This document shows positions 48,901 to 57,598 of a DNA stretch of 64,000 nucleotides, in pieces. Location of the stretch: IMG/VR virus record IMGVR_UViG_3300047561_001970, positions 1 to 64,000 of that record. One strand, 5' to 3'. The position numbers and the translations under genes were made by a program. Within the stretch, counting starts at the first letter, position 1. Each line of letters starts with the position of its first letter. The stretch comes from a virus (lineage: Duplodnaviria > Caudoviricetes). A model generated the notes under the pieces. That model was not told the origin of the DNA. It did not search any database and saw only the letters and a list, made by a program, of their open reading frames with translations.

Positions 48901-49411
48901 ACCTCTCTTGACAGATAGAATATTTGCTGGTGCAACTCCTTATTACAATGGCTTACTCTTGAGCGATTATCTTGATAGAGCAAAAAACATAAAAACAAGC
49001 TACTACGTAAAAGATTTTGAAATACAGAATTTTTACTTATATAATAAAGAGCTTGATTATTTTGATATTGGTATGCATTATAAAGAGCGTGTTGTACCTG
49101 GTGATCTGACGTTCGACATGCCTTCAGGTCGACGTAATTTCTTCGATGTAGCATCTCGCTATTTCAAGCAAGGTGTTCCTGGAGCTAAGAGTACTCTTTA
49201 TAATATCTTTATAAATGACAACGTACTCGATAGCACTTGCCGTGATAGATTGAATGTTGCTATTATCAATAAAATAAAAGATATAACACCTGCATACTCA
49301 AGGCTTAATGATCTTAAATGGATAACAACACTTCCAAGTCAAAGTGCAACATATTTACAGCCATATTTTCCAGGTAACACACTAACTAATGCAGGGAGAC
49401 GAAATGAATAG
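45998..49411 (+). CDS. Large tail protein with LamG/ConA-like domain and inserted propeller
   Basis: FTMTLWA ... HHFAIAL...LYLDGE...IQNFYLYNKEL (LamG); intervening propeller-like repeats. Confidence 0.7.
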   Translation: MLTSFVTPSNYKGLSASYIYDNQIDFTNKSIGIDGNLSTFFSPIFLETHDFNNNNYSFLHLTKPLNLASITDFKTPEKLNNVLFGTIYNPVNGVNRYLNLTNIPTVTPTGLSQLSYTQSMVVTLSGIVNNCIFEIDMVSPYSATISHLTTRNHLYYLSFNPSSLSLDFLVLSAFSASNDYTRKFVYTFDKDTGQLTLQVRIRGFAYYVIYDDNNQKLSLSSTSDIAFNSAKKVFYVDFFDVPTAPEITNDWGTYKTGFNQNNLNINVADSFFGIDNNFLIHSEYENLQGSTLKTNILTLKNQLNIKNQQGRGNVFINENSTFYRNYNTIFSGRRQEQGYEKLHFQYDCYSTPLIFNQGKTTWFHTPQNMYPYKRLNIKSSKLVEAGAVAGNHPLKSDKVFKKQANYKYTSNQGDATGEQTGQWLCSWLSGGNDKNVRPVWVDRYYTPTKNTAFQALCAIDGNVTYITSFDGYNLKTGIVDTPSSLTLEPGCWYAYSRFGKIDAINNINSISKTLKQKNFTYYSIWNGTNVDPDIDDNLTSYTFDGRRYSYFDVNNIALDTNTFTMTLWANSSDWTKPLGYEIFGNYNDYGLGIFNYSQVTPLLFYGQNGALAAYNADLDLVDTYDTALSTFGNIDFVLRRDALNSFHVITDKMQVVEYDIRETIIDATPALSSSRYSIIHASNDEARGYVLYSDKSLSAIDLTSNLVYPTSADLIIGKPIDALQVSRLLDGRIILVDGTNSVVRSDGLFFLSSGIICKYNTTTSQLCTVAGTRGTFSFFNIDRDNNLWAGDSNFIAVYGPYQNLTFTTTLTTASAFSTKPIYIQNLTFIENFYNGELEKSVLVTASGSDITKAVGLKLDYNGNVIDTSFINVNGNYNPKFEPCNHNFNYSYLKYRYGTGVLTFKTRLYNQFNTEDITIPSITVEGRDLDSGYHHFAIALNPPAGTLKLYLDGELYGTSLFEPNKYNFTPLLTDRIFAGATPYYNGLLLSDYLDRAKNIKTSYYVKDFEIQNFYLYNKELDYFDIGMHYKERVVPGDLTFDMPSGRRNFFDVASRYFKQGVPGAKSTLYNIFINDNVLDSTCRDRLNVAIINKIKDITPAYSRLNDLKWITTLPSQSATYLQPYFPGNTLTNAGRRNE

Positions 49412-51221
49412 CATTACAAATGAATTTGCAAAATATGGCTTGGCGTTTGATCGTTCGGTTGATGATGTTATTAGCTTACCGTTTACCTATGAACAGATAG
49501 AGCTTCAACCAAATGAATTGGCTGTAGCAAACACTTTAAACATTAAGCTTGAGAAATTATATTTTAATCTCTTATACCTTTACAAGTTATGTAATGTGGC
49601 AGGGTATAGTATACCAAGAATTTATTCTGGTTGGTTTGGACTTACTGGTACTAACGCCATGAGAACTTCTGCTTTTGAGTTTAAATTATTCTCACCTGCG
49701 GTATCTCTATCTAGCGCTGTGAGTTTTGTCAGTGGTGGAAATAGGTACGCTTCTGTTAATGACAGTGTTTTAGCTTTGTCCTATATTGCACCTACATTTA
49801 ATTCCCCTATACTAATTACTGCTAGCCCTACCACTCTATCAATCCTGCCTTTTTACGGTCAATATTCTAACCCTGTATTTGTGGACGGCAGTTCTTTTGT
49901 AGTTACACAGCGTAACATAGATCCACTCTCTGGTAGTCTTCAATTTAATAATATTACCGGTATAGCTATAGATGCAGCTGAGGATATTCTCTTTGTAGCT
50001 GATCAAAATCTCAATAATATTTACACTTACGATATAAGTGATACAATTTTTAGACAAACACAAAAATTTTATTTAACGAATTACATTGGTGGTAAAGGAT
50101 CATCAATTGATCATACCAAATTTAACTCTTTAAATAAAATCGCCTATACTGGAGAAATTCTATTTGCAGAAGATACTGGTAATAAATGTATCAAGGCATA
50201 TGATAAGAATTTAAATTGGCTCAATACCACAGTACTAAGAACCCTTTTTGAGAGTGCAGGTCAATTCAATACAATGACATATAATAGCCGCGATAATCAG
50301 CTATTTGCCTGCAATAACAAAGCGTTATATGTGATGAATATAACTTCAGATTATACTGTTTTATCTGCAGTATCTTATGATTTTTCAGGTATCGTCCTAG
50401 GCAGCGACAGGATTATTGATTTGAAGTTCGCTAGTTATGATTCACGAATTTTTTATATACTGACAGCAAACGGTAGCATGATTAAGAAGTGGACAACTAA
50501 GCCAAATTCCACAATTGGTATATCTAATCAATCTGGAACCAGCAAATGGCTTACAACTGTTCCAAACCTATCAACAGATCAGATTCTTTGGTACGCTAAT
50601 ACTGCTATGCTATCAAGCGGTAGAATTCTGCTGTATGAGGATGGCTTGAATCTTCTATCTCTGCAACGAGATGAAGATTTTTCCATTTATACATTAGAAG
50701 ATATTTCTATTAATAAAAATGAATACAATCAAGCATGGGTATATAATAAAGCGTTCAAAAAGCTTCTGTATAACACTATATTATTAAATAGCAATACAGG
50801 TTATAGATTTTTTGAAGGAAAAACCACTACCGGCCTTACAACCTATGTTTCCAAGCAGTATAATACATTTTTTCTAACAGATACTGTTCTGGATGTTAAT
50901 ACGTTTGCAAACGTTTGCATAAATGAAAATTTTCAAGGAGCCACAATCAATAGAAGTCTGCAAAGAATATATGACTATCAAGCCCAAATTCTCTCTTCAA
51001 TCATTAATCAGGGTAACGTTGCAGCAAATTTACTACCGAAATCAGTCACTAGTAATAATATTATGTTTGACTTTACAATATATTACCAAGGTGATGGTAT
51101 AAAAATAAATCCATCAGTGTTTAAGGCTTATAGTAATACTGATGGTTTTGTTAATAATAGCGGCATATCAATCTCTAATCTTGCACCTTATACCAGTGGG
51201 TCGGGCATAATTATTATATAA
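49404..51221 (+). CDS. NHL-like beta-propeller structural protein
   Basis: ITGIAID...LFVADQNLNNI, LFAEDTGNKCIKAYD; ATG 49404 follows GGAG. Confidence 0.7.
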   Translation: MNSITNEFAKYGLAFDRSVDDVISLPFTYEQIELQPNELAVANTLNIKLEKLYFNLLYLYKLCNVAGYSIPRIYSGWFGLTGTNAMRTSAFEFKLFSPAVSLSSAVSFVSGGNRYASVNDSVLALSYIAPTFNSPILITASPTTLSILPFYGQYSNPVFVDGSSFVVTQRNIDPLSGSLQFNNITGIAIDAAEDILFVADQNLNNIYTYDISDTIFRQTQKFYLTNYIGGKGSSIDHTKFNSLNKIAYTGEILFAEDTGNKCIKAYDKNLNWLNTTVLRTLFESAGQFNTMTYNSRDNQLFACNNKALYVMNITSDYTVLSAVSYDFSGIVLGSDRIIDLKFASYDSRIFYILTANGSMIKKWTTKPNSTIGISNQSGTSKWLTTVPNLSTDQILWYANTAMLSSGRILLYEDGLNLLSLQRDEDFSIYTLEDISINKNEYNQAWVYNKAFKKLLYNTILLNSNTGYRFFEGKTTTGLTTYVSKQYNTFFLTDTVLDVNTFANVCINENFQGATINRSLQRIYDYQAQILSSIINQGNVAANLLPKSVTSNNIMFDFTIYYQGDGIKINPSVFKAYSNTDGFVNNSGISISNLAPYTSGSGIIII

Positions 51222-51227
51222 GGCTTT

Positions 51228-51983
51228 ATGGCAGGAACATTCAAATTTCATAGTAAGCTGCACCGTGCAAGTCACCACAGCTCTCCATCCATAACTATAC
51301 CTGATTCTAACACTGATCCCATTGCTTCACAACAACTACCATTCAACGGTATTTTTTATACTATATTAACAGATAATGCTGGTTCCTTCAGTATACCCAC
51401 CAATAGTTTTGAATGGTGGTCCACATACAGTACTGTGAATACTCTTTCTGGCAATTGGGCAAATACCCGCTCCATGTACACAACAATCAACACACTCTCC
51501 AACAATTGGAATAGCGCTTATGTGGCTTCCACGGTGTTCCGGGCAAATAGTGCAGAGTACGAATCTGTTTATACCACTGTTAGTGCATTTAGTGCACAAT
51601 GGAATTTTCCAGGTGTCATGTACCTGGGTGTTGCACAAGAATATACTGCTTCCAAGACATTTAGTGGCACAAATCTGGCCAATAACGATTCCCCTCTCAC
51701 GCTATCTTGGGATTTGGATACAAATCAATGCACTTTTTTGACTATGACAAACAGCTTTGTTGTATCAAATCCTCTCAACATGAAAAAAGGTGGCACATAC
51801 GTTTTAACATGCTTACAGACCAGTGTAGGTGGCAATGACGCCATTTTTGATACATCGTACCGTTTTAATGATACGCCACTTCAATCTGGTATAATAGATT
51901 TGACACCAAACCGTAGAACCGTCATAACTTTTGTCAGTGATGGAGTCTTAATGTATGGAGATGTAACCAAATACCTTGAATGA
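51228..51983 (+). CDS. Tail fibre-like protein (short paralog)
   Basis: His-rich N-terminus FHSKLHRASHHS; Y-T-T-V-x-x-L-S-x-x-W repeats; WDL...GGTYVL C-terminal domain. Confidence 0.7.
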   Translation: MAGTFKFHSKLHRASHHSSPSITIPDSNTDPIASQQLPFNGIFYTILTDNAGSFSIPTNSFEWWSTYSTVNTLSGNWANTRSMYTTINTLSNNWNSAYVASTVFRANSAEYESVYTTVSAFSAQWNFPGVMYLGVAQEYTASKTFSGTNLANNDSPLTLSWDLDTNQCTFLTMTNSFVVSNPLNMKKGGTYVLTCLQTSVGGNDAIFDTSYRFNDTPLQSGIIDLTPNRRTVITFVSDGVLMYGDVTKYLE

Positions 51984-54900
51984 GCAATACAACATTTCAC
52001 AACAAATTTCACAGTACCAATCATCACTCGGTATCAACATACGGTTATATCGACAGTGGTATTGACCCCATAGCAGGCATAGATGATCCTTTCATAGGAA
52101 CTTTCTATAATGTAATTCCCTCCTATGTACCTGCCATATCATCAAATAGTAAATTATGGCAATCAACCTTTACCACCTTGTGTGGTAACAGTGCAGATTA
52201 TTTTTTGTTTCGAACAACGTATAGCACAGTAACAGCTCTAAGCTCCAACTGGCAGAATGGTGCAAGTTTTGCCTCCACCTACAGCCAGGTGTCATCTAAC
52301 TATGAAAACACTTACACCATCACAAATACATATAGTGCCAATTGGCCATTCTTAGACACAACATATCGATTGACCTTGCCACAACAGGCCACACAGGCAC
52401 ATACTTTCAAAGGCACCACATTGGCACCTCAAATAATCTCAGCAACATTTTATGGAGATTTTATGAACGGTGACACAACATCCAACATACTCACTGGCAA
52501 TGTTTTTAATTATGTTCGAAATTCCTCTGCAAGTTTTGTAGATAGAGATGGTCAAATAAGATTTGTTGGGGAAAATGTGGCTCGCTCCAATTATGAATAC
52601 AACAATGCACGTGGTGCATGGCAGTGTGAAGGTGCACTGTTGGAGCGGTCCAATACAAATGTTGTGCCATATGGTGCAGATATTGTGAATTGGGATGTGC
52701 TGCCAAACAACGGAATGAATTGGGTGTCCAGGACTATAGATGCTAACAACTGGACCAGTGTCATTCAAGGGTTAACAGGAGGCACAACACCAGTGTATGT
52801 TGCATGCAGTAGTGGTGGCACAGCTGCAAGATTGGCCACATCACAAGATGGCATCAACTGGACTACCCAAACATCAACAAATAACTATAACTGGGGTGGT
52901 GTTGCGTTTGGTGCAAATGTATTTGCAATTGTTGGTAGCACTGGTGGTGGCAATCGAATAATAACATCAAACACTGGCTCCAATTGGGTTGGACGTGCAG
53001 CACCTGAACAAGCTTCTTGGACATCTGTGGCCTATGGTGGTGGTATTTTTGTTGCAGTGGCTGATGCTATTGCAGTTGGTGGCACAACATTATGTCAAGT
53101 CATGCGATCTGATACTGGTGTCACATGGGTGTCAGCTGCAGCTGCAGAAGGTAATGCATGGACATCTGTGGCCTATGGCAATGGTATTTTTGTTGCTGTG
53201 GCTTCCAGTGGTGCGAATCCTGTGATGGTGTCCAGCAATCAAGGTGCAACTTGGACTGCATACCCATTGCCTCAGAGCAATGTCTGGCGTTCAGTAACCT
53301 ATGGCAATGGTATTTTTGTTGCTGTTGCTTCCACTGGCACCAACCGGGTGATAATTTCATCTGATGGTGTGAATTGGAGCACAAGTGATGCCATAGAGCC
53401 AAACAGCTGGTATTCAGTAACCTATGGCAATGGTATTTTTGTTGCTGTTGCCCAAGATGGTGCAACACGCACCATGTACTCCCGCAATGGCAAAATTTGG
53501 CGTGGCTACCCAGCAGCTGCTGCACTTGGATGGCGAGCTGTCACATGTGGGCAGGATGGATTGTTTGTTGCACTTTCAAAAGATGGTGCACCCCGTGCCA
53601 TGACAACATACTTCACTGAAACATCACTTGCTGTTGATGGTGCCTCCCCTGCTTACAATTTACCCAGTACCGTTATCACCCCCATCACATCCAACACAGT
53701 ATACTCCTACACAATGCCCATCAATGCAAGCACCAATTACATCCTGTCATTGTATGTGAAACTTGGCACTCTGCCTGCAGCAGACTATGGCATAAAAATT
53801 GTGGACAGTGCATCCCTTGTTACATTGTCCAGTTACACAAACATATTATCGTCATTTTCATATGCGTTTCCTCAAACACAGTGGTATCGAATTGCTGTGC
53901 CTTACTTTTCAGCCACCAACACTTCCATTCGCGTGGCTCCTGCATACAAGTTCAAGAATTTTAACACTGAAAAAACTGTGTATGTGTGGGGTGCACAATT
54001 GGAAAGGAATCTAGATGTTCCCAATATCGCCCCGTCATCTTATATACCCACCATTGGCCCCTCATACCACACAAGAGACACTGAATATGGTTATCTGTCT
54101 GGTGATTTTCTTAGTAATACTGAAGGAACATTTTTATTTGAGACCAGATTAATTCCCAACACAACAGCGGCGTCGGCAAGTGGATTTTCTTTGTACAGAT
54201 TCACTAATGTCGATGCAAGCAACGCTGCATCATTGAGATACAAGAGTGATTACACTGTGAATGCCAGGGGCATGATTAACAATTCAACAGCGCTTGGGTA
54301 TGACATCAATTCACCCAACAACAGGATTGATTATCCTCGTGCTGTTGCACTGAGTTATACTGTTAACAAAGTTACATTGGCAGATTCAGGTAACATTGTG
54401 GCAACTGATATTGTGTCCTTGGTACCAGGCAATTTGAGCAGTGGGTTCATTGCAGCGTCAGCTGCAGGTGGTCAGGATGGGTTCACTGGTTATATCAGAC
54501 GCATTGGTTATTATCCTAGGAGACTATCAAACAATGTGCTGAAGTTTTTGACGCTCTCTGCACAAGAATACATCAATGTGAATCAGATTGAATTGTACAA
54601 TTGGGATCTGTCTGCCAATCAAGTTGCCTTTATTAATCTATCAGCAAATGCTTTTGTAACAAATGTTGCACCAGCGGAAACAAAGGACAAAGGTGGGGAA
54701 TATGCTTTGGTGGTACAGCAAGACAGTACTGGTGGTCGTACACTTGTATTTGATACAGATTATGTCTTTTCATCCAAAGTATATGAATTATCAAGTAACA
54801 CCACATCCATCATTGCACCATCCTCTCTGAGCGTAACTGTGATTCGATTCACAAGCAACAGTGACAAGTTGTTTGGTAAACCTACCAAATATTATTACAA

Positions 54901-55057
54901 TTTAAATGCAGGTTATACATATTTCGATGGGCCTGGCATAAACTTGGTTCCAGCACCAGCTGGTGCAAACACAGGAGATGCAATAACACCTGCAGGTGGG
55001 TTAACTGTTGGCGGAAGTGTGCCTTATTCTGATGGAGATGGAATAACTATTATATGA
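51980..55057 (+). CDS. Tail fibre-like protein (long paralog) with propeller repeats, CBM-like and LamG-like inserts
   Basis: Same N- and C-terminal domains as the preceding gene; internal W-x-SV-x-YGNG-x-FVAVA repeats. Confidence 0.75.
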   Translation: MSNTTFHNKFHSTNHHSVSTYGYIDSGIDPIAGIDDPFIGTFYNVIPSYVPAISSNSKLWQSTFTTLCGNSADYFLFRTTYSTVTALSSNWQNGASFASTYSQVSSNYENTYTITNTYSANWPFLDTTYRLTLPQQATQAHTFKGTTLAPQIISATFYGDFMNGDTTSNILTGNVFNYVRNSSASFVDRDGQIRFVGENVARSNYEYNNARGAWQCEGALLERSNTNVVPYGADIVNWDVLPNNGMNWVSRTIDANNWTSVIQGLTGGTTPVYVACSSGGTAARLATSQDGINWTTQTSTNNYNWGGVAFGANVFAIVGSTGGGNRIITSNTGSNWVGRAAPEQASWTSVAYGGGIFVAVADAIAVGGTTLCQVMRSDTGVTWVSAAAAEGNAWTSVAYGNGIFVAVASSGANPVMVSSNQGATWTAYPLPQSNVWRSVTYGNGIFVAVASTGTNRVIISSDGVNWSTSDAIEPNSWYSVTYGNGIFVAVAQDGATRTMYSRNGKIWRGYPAAAALGWRAVTCGQDGLFVALSKDGAPRAMTTYFTETSLAVDGASPAYNLPSTVITPITSNTVYSYTMPINASTNYILSLYVKLGTLPAADYGIKIVDSASLVTLSSYTNILSSFSYAFPQTQWYRIAVPYFSATNTSIRVAPAYKFKNFNTEKTVYVWGAQLERNLDVPNIAPSSYIPTIGPSYHTRDTEYGYLSGDFLSNTEGTFLFETRLIPNTTAASASGFSLYRFTNVDASNAASLRYKSDYTVNARGMINNSTALGYDINSPNNRIDYPRAVALSYTVNKVTLADSGNIVATDIVSLVPGNLSSGFIAASAAGGQDGFTGYIRRIGYYPRRLSNNVLKFLTLSAQEYINVNQIELYNWDLSANQVAFINLSANAFVTNVAPAETKDKGGEYALVVQQDSTGGRTLVFDTDYVFSSKVYELSSNTTSIIAPSSLSVTVIRFTSNSDKLFGKPTKYYYNLNAGYTYFDGPGINLVPAPAGANTGDAITPAGGLTVGGSVPYSDGDGITII
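53018..53451 (+). repeat. Four near-identical in-frame propeller-blade repeats
   Basis: Units start at 53018, 53159, 53285 and 53408 (spacings 141, 126, 123). Shared core cctatgg(c/t)(aa/gg)tggtatttttgttgc. Confidence 0.85.
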
Positions 55058-56046
55058 TGATTTGCAGTGATGTGGAGCCGGTGAGTTCTTTCTATAGTAC
55101 CAACCTGCAATCCAAGATTCAAAGCTATGAACGGCTTGGACAACGCATTTGCCGTGCATTGGGTGCGCCACTCATAAACATAGAGATTCATGCAGATCAA
55201 TTGAATGAGTTCATCAGCATGGCAAGTGAGATGTTCACCAAATTTGCAGGATACACACAAGAATATTTGGTGTTTGATAGCAAGCTGTATGAAGAGCTCA
55301 AAGGTCTGCGATTGGATGTGTTGTTTAGTTTGACCAAAGACTTTAACTTCAGAGCTCAATTCAAAGATGTTTCTCCAGAGATTAAATCCATGTACACAAT
55401 TGGTAAGATGGTCATTGGTGACCCAGCAGATCCATATCTATACCAGGTGGTGGATCAAAATCGTCCCAAAGAATTAGAATTGTTGAACAGTTATGATTAC
55501 TTGCTGGATGATTACCGCCGTGTCATTGATGTCACAGAATTTGAAGAAGGCAGTAGCAATGGCATAAACACTTTGTTCACCATTGAGCAAACATTGGCAC
55601 AGCAAACTTATTTCAGCTATGCTTTGGGCAACTATGGGTTTGATTTGATCAGTTGGAATGTTTTGAAGAATTGGTTGGATACTCGTGAAAAAGTTTTAGC
55701 TCTGAGACGGGATTTTCACTTTGACAGTCGCACACAATACATGCAATTGTATCCACCACCTCGCAACACACATTTTTATGGCATTGTCACAGCATATGTG
55801 GAACGCCCGCTGGTGGATATCATTAAGGAGCCATGGGTGTATCAATATGCTCTGGCCCTTACAAAGATAGCCATTGGATCTGTGCGTGGAAAATACCAGA
55901 ACACTCAATTGTTTGGTGGAGGGTCCATCAATTATAATGATATGTTGAACAATGGGCGAGAGGAAAAAGCTGATTTAGAAAAGAAATTATATGAGCGTGC
56001 AGCAGGATTTGGTGATGCACCTCCACCTGAATTCTTTGTCGGATGA
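55054..56046 (+). CDS. gp13: Neck protein
   Basis: RALGAPLINIEIHADQL, WVYQYALALTKIAIGSVRGKY...LFGGGSINYNDM. Confidence 0.9.
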   Translation: MMICSDVEPVSSFYSTNLQSKIQSYERLGQRICRALGAPLINIEIHADQLNEFISMASEMFTKFAGYTQEYLVFDSKLYEELKGLRLDVLFSLTKDFNFRAQFKDVSPEIKSMYTIGKMVIGDPADPYLYQVVDQNRPKELELLNSYDYLLDDYRRVIDVTEFEEGSSNGINTLFTIEQTLAQQTYFSYALGNYGFDLISWNVLKNWLDTREKVLALRRDFHFDSRTQYMQLYPPPRNTHFYGIVTAYVERPLVDIIKEPWVYQYALALTKIAIGSVRGKYQNTQLFGGGSINYNDMLNNGREEKADLEKKLYERAAGFGDAPPPEFFVG

Positions 56047-56498
56047 AGTTTACACCAAAAAATAACAAGTACATACAGGGCATTTTTAAGCCCACGCATG
56101 CACAAAAATACAAAGGACATGATTTGCCACGCTATCTTAGCAGCTGGGAATTAAAATTGTTTCGCTGGTGTGATAATAATCCTAATGTGATTGAGTGGGG
56201 GAGTGAAAGCATTGTTATTCCATATGAAAGTCCCATAGATCACAAAATGCATCGTTATATTGTTGACGCAATAATAAAATTAAAAACAGCTGGTGGCATA
56301 AAGAAATTTCTGGTGGAAGTCAAACCACACAAACAAACTGTAAAGCCTGAAGAAACACCTGGTAAGCATAAAAAAACTCTTTTATATGAACAGTTAACGT
56401 ACATACAGAATCAGGCCAAATGGCAAGCTGCAAAAAAATGGTGCACAGAGAGAGGATACGAATTTACTATTTTAACAGAAAAAGAGTTGAGAAAATAG
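56043..56498 (+). CDS. gp4: Head completion nuclease
   Basis: YLSSWELKLFRWCDNNPNVIEWGSESIVIPY, RYIVD, LVEVKP, KWQAAKKWC...FTILTEKEL. Confidence 0.9.
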   Translation: MKFTPKNNKYIQGIFKPTHAQKYKGHDLPRYLSSWELKLFRWCDNNPNVIEWGSESIVIPYESPIDHKMHRYIVDAIIKLKTAGGIKKFLVEVKPHKQTVKPEETPGKHKKTLLYEQLTYIQNQAKWQAAKKWCTERGYEFTILTEKELRK

Positions 56499-56509
56499 AG
56501 TAAACCATT

Positions 56510-56517
56510 AATAAATA
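56510..56517 (+). promoter_or_regulatory. T4-type late promoter
   Basis: AATAAATA, 4 nt before ATG 56522. Confidence 0.75.
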
Positions 56518-56521
56518 ACAT

Positions 56522-57196
56522 ATGGCTTTAAGACTATTAGTTGAAACACCTGCTCCTGAAGATCAATACGAATACGTGGTTGAAGAGAAGAATGGTAGCC
56601 AATCAAGCACCATGTACATCAAAGGCCCTTACATGCAGTGTGAAGAAGTTAATAAGAATAAAAGAGTTTATGATTCAGGGGAAATGGATCGCGAAGTCAA
56701 TCGTTATATTCATGAAATGATCAAAACAAACAGAAGCATGGGTGAATTGAACCATCCAACTGCTGCTGAAGTCAATCTGGAGCGTGCCTGCCATTTGGTA
56801 ACAGAAATGAATCGCTCTGGTAATGTGTATTATGGTAAGTCCAAAGTACTAACCACCCCCATGGGTCAAATTGTTCGCAGTTTGATCAATGATGGTGTGC
56901 GTGTTGGTGTAAGTTCTCGTGCTCTAGGATCATTGCAAGAGATGGGCAATGGTGTTAACCGGGTGAAAGATTTTCGTCTTGTGGCTGTGGATTGTGTTGC
57001 AGATCCAAGCTTTCCAAAAGCATTTGTAAATGGCATTCTGGAATCCAAACAGTTTGTTGCAACTGGTGATGGTCATTTTGAAGAATATTATGATTCTTTC
57101 AGTGACAAGTTGCGCAACTTGCCAAGAAAAGATGTGGAAGGTTATCTCAAAGAACAGATTGTGGAGTTCTTTTCGAAGATTAGCAAAGTTCTATGA
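56522..57196 (+). CDS. gp21: Prohead core protease
   Basis: IKGPYMQ...NKNKRVY, GELNHP, VNLERACH, GVSSRALGSL, DCVADPS...AFVNGILE. Confidence 0.96.
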   Translation: MALRLLVETPAPEDQYEYVVEEKNGSQSSTMYIKGPYMQCEEVNKNKRVYDSGEMDREVNRYIHEMIKTNRSMGELNHPTAAEVNLERACHLVTEMNRSGNVYYGKSKVLTTPMGQIVRSLINDGVRVGVSSRALGSLQEMGNGVNRVKDFRLVAVDCVADPSFPKAFVNGILESKQFVATGDGHFEEYYDSFSDKLRNLPRKDVEGYLKEQIVEFFSKISKVL

Positions 57197-57594
57197 ACCA
57201 ACCAATTGAAGAAATTGCCCCAATAATTGCAGGTGCACTTGCAGGTGCAGCTGCTGAAGAGCTGGGTGCAGGTCTTGCTGGTAGATTGATTGCCACCACC
57301 CTTGCAAAAACAGCTGCAGACAAAATGTCTGCACAATCTGAAGATGAATCAGAGGAGTGCGAGTGTGGTGAAAATGAAGAATGCGGATGCAAGAAAGTTG
57401 TCCAAAACCCAGCAGATTATATGCCTGCTGGGAATAAATATAATACAGTTATGAAAGAGCGCACACATATTGCACAACTTTTAAAGAATTTAAACGAAAA
57501 AAATTACGCCGAGGCCCATAAATATTTAAAGAAGATTATGGAGTCCAAATTACAAAACCGTATTGCCTCTGTGAAAGGTGTGAAATTATTCTAA
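57193..57594 (+). CDS. Prohead core protein (gp67/gp68-like C-terminal 47 aa) with N-terminal extension
   Basis: Lies between gp21 and gp22; EKNYAEAHKYLKKIMESKLQNRI; internal AATAAATA 57433-57440 precedes in-frame ATG 57451. Confidence 0.6.
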   Translation: MNQPIEEIAPIIAGALAGAAAEELGAGLAGRLIATTLAKTAADKMSAQSEDESEECECGENEECGCKKVVQNPADYMPAGNKYNTVMKERTHIAQLLKNLNEKNYAEAHKYLKKIMESKLQNRIASVKGVKLF

Positions 57595-57598
57595 TTTT

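Noticed and set aside
53018-53451. Possible CRISPR array or DGR template/variable repeats
   Set aside because: Spacings are multiples of three inside a long ORF and encode propeller blades. There is no cas gene or reverse transcriptase in the window, and the differences are not adenine-specific.
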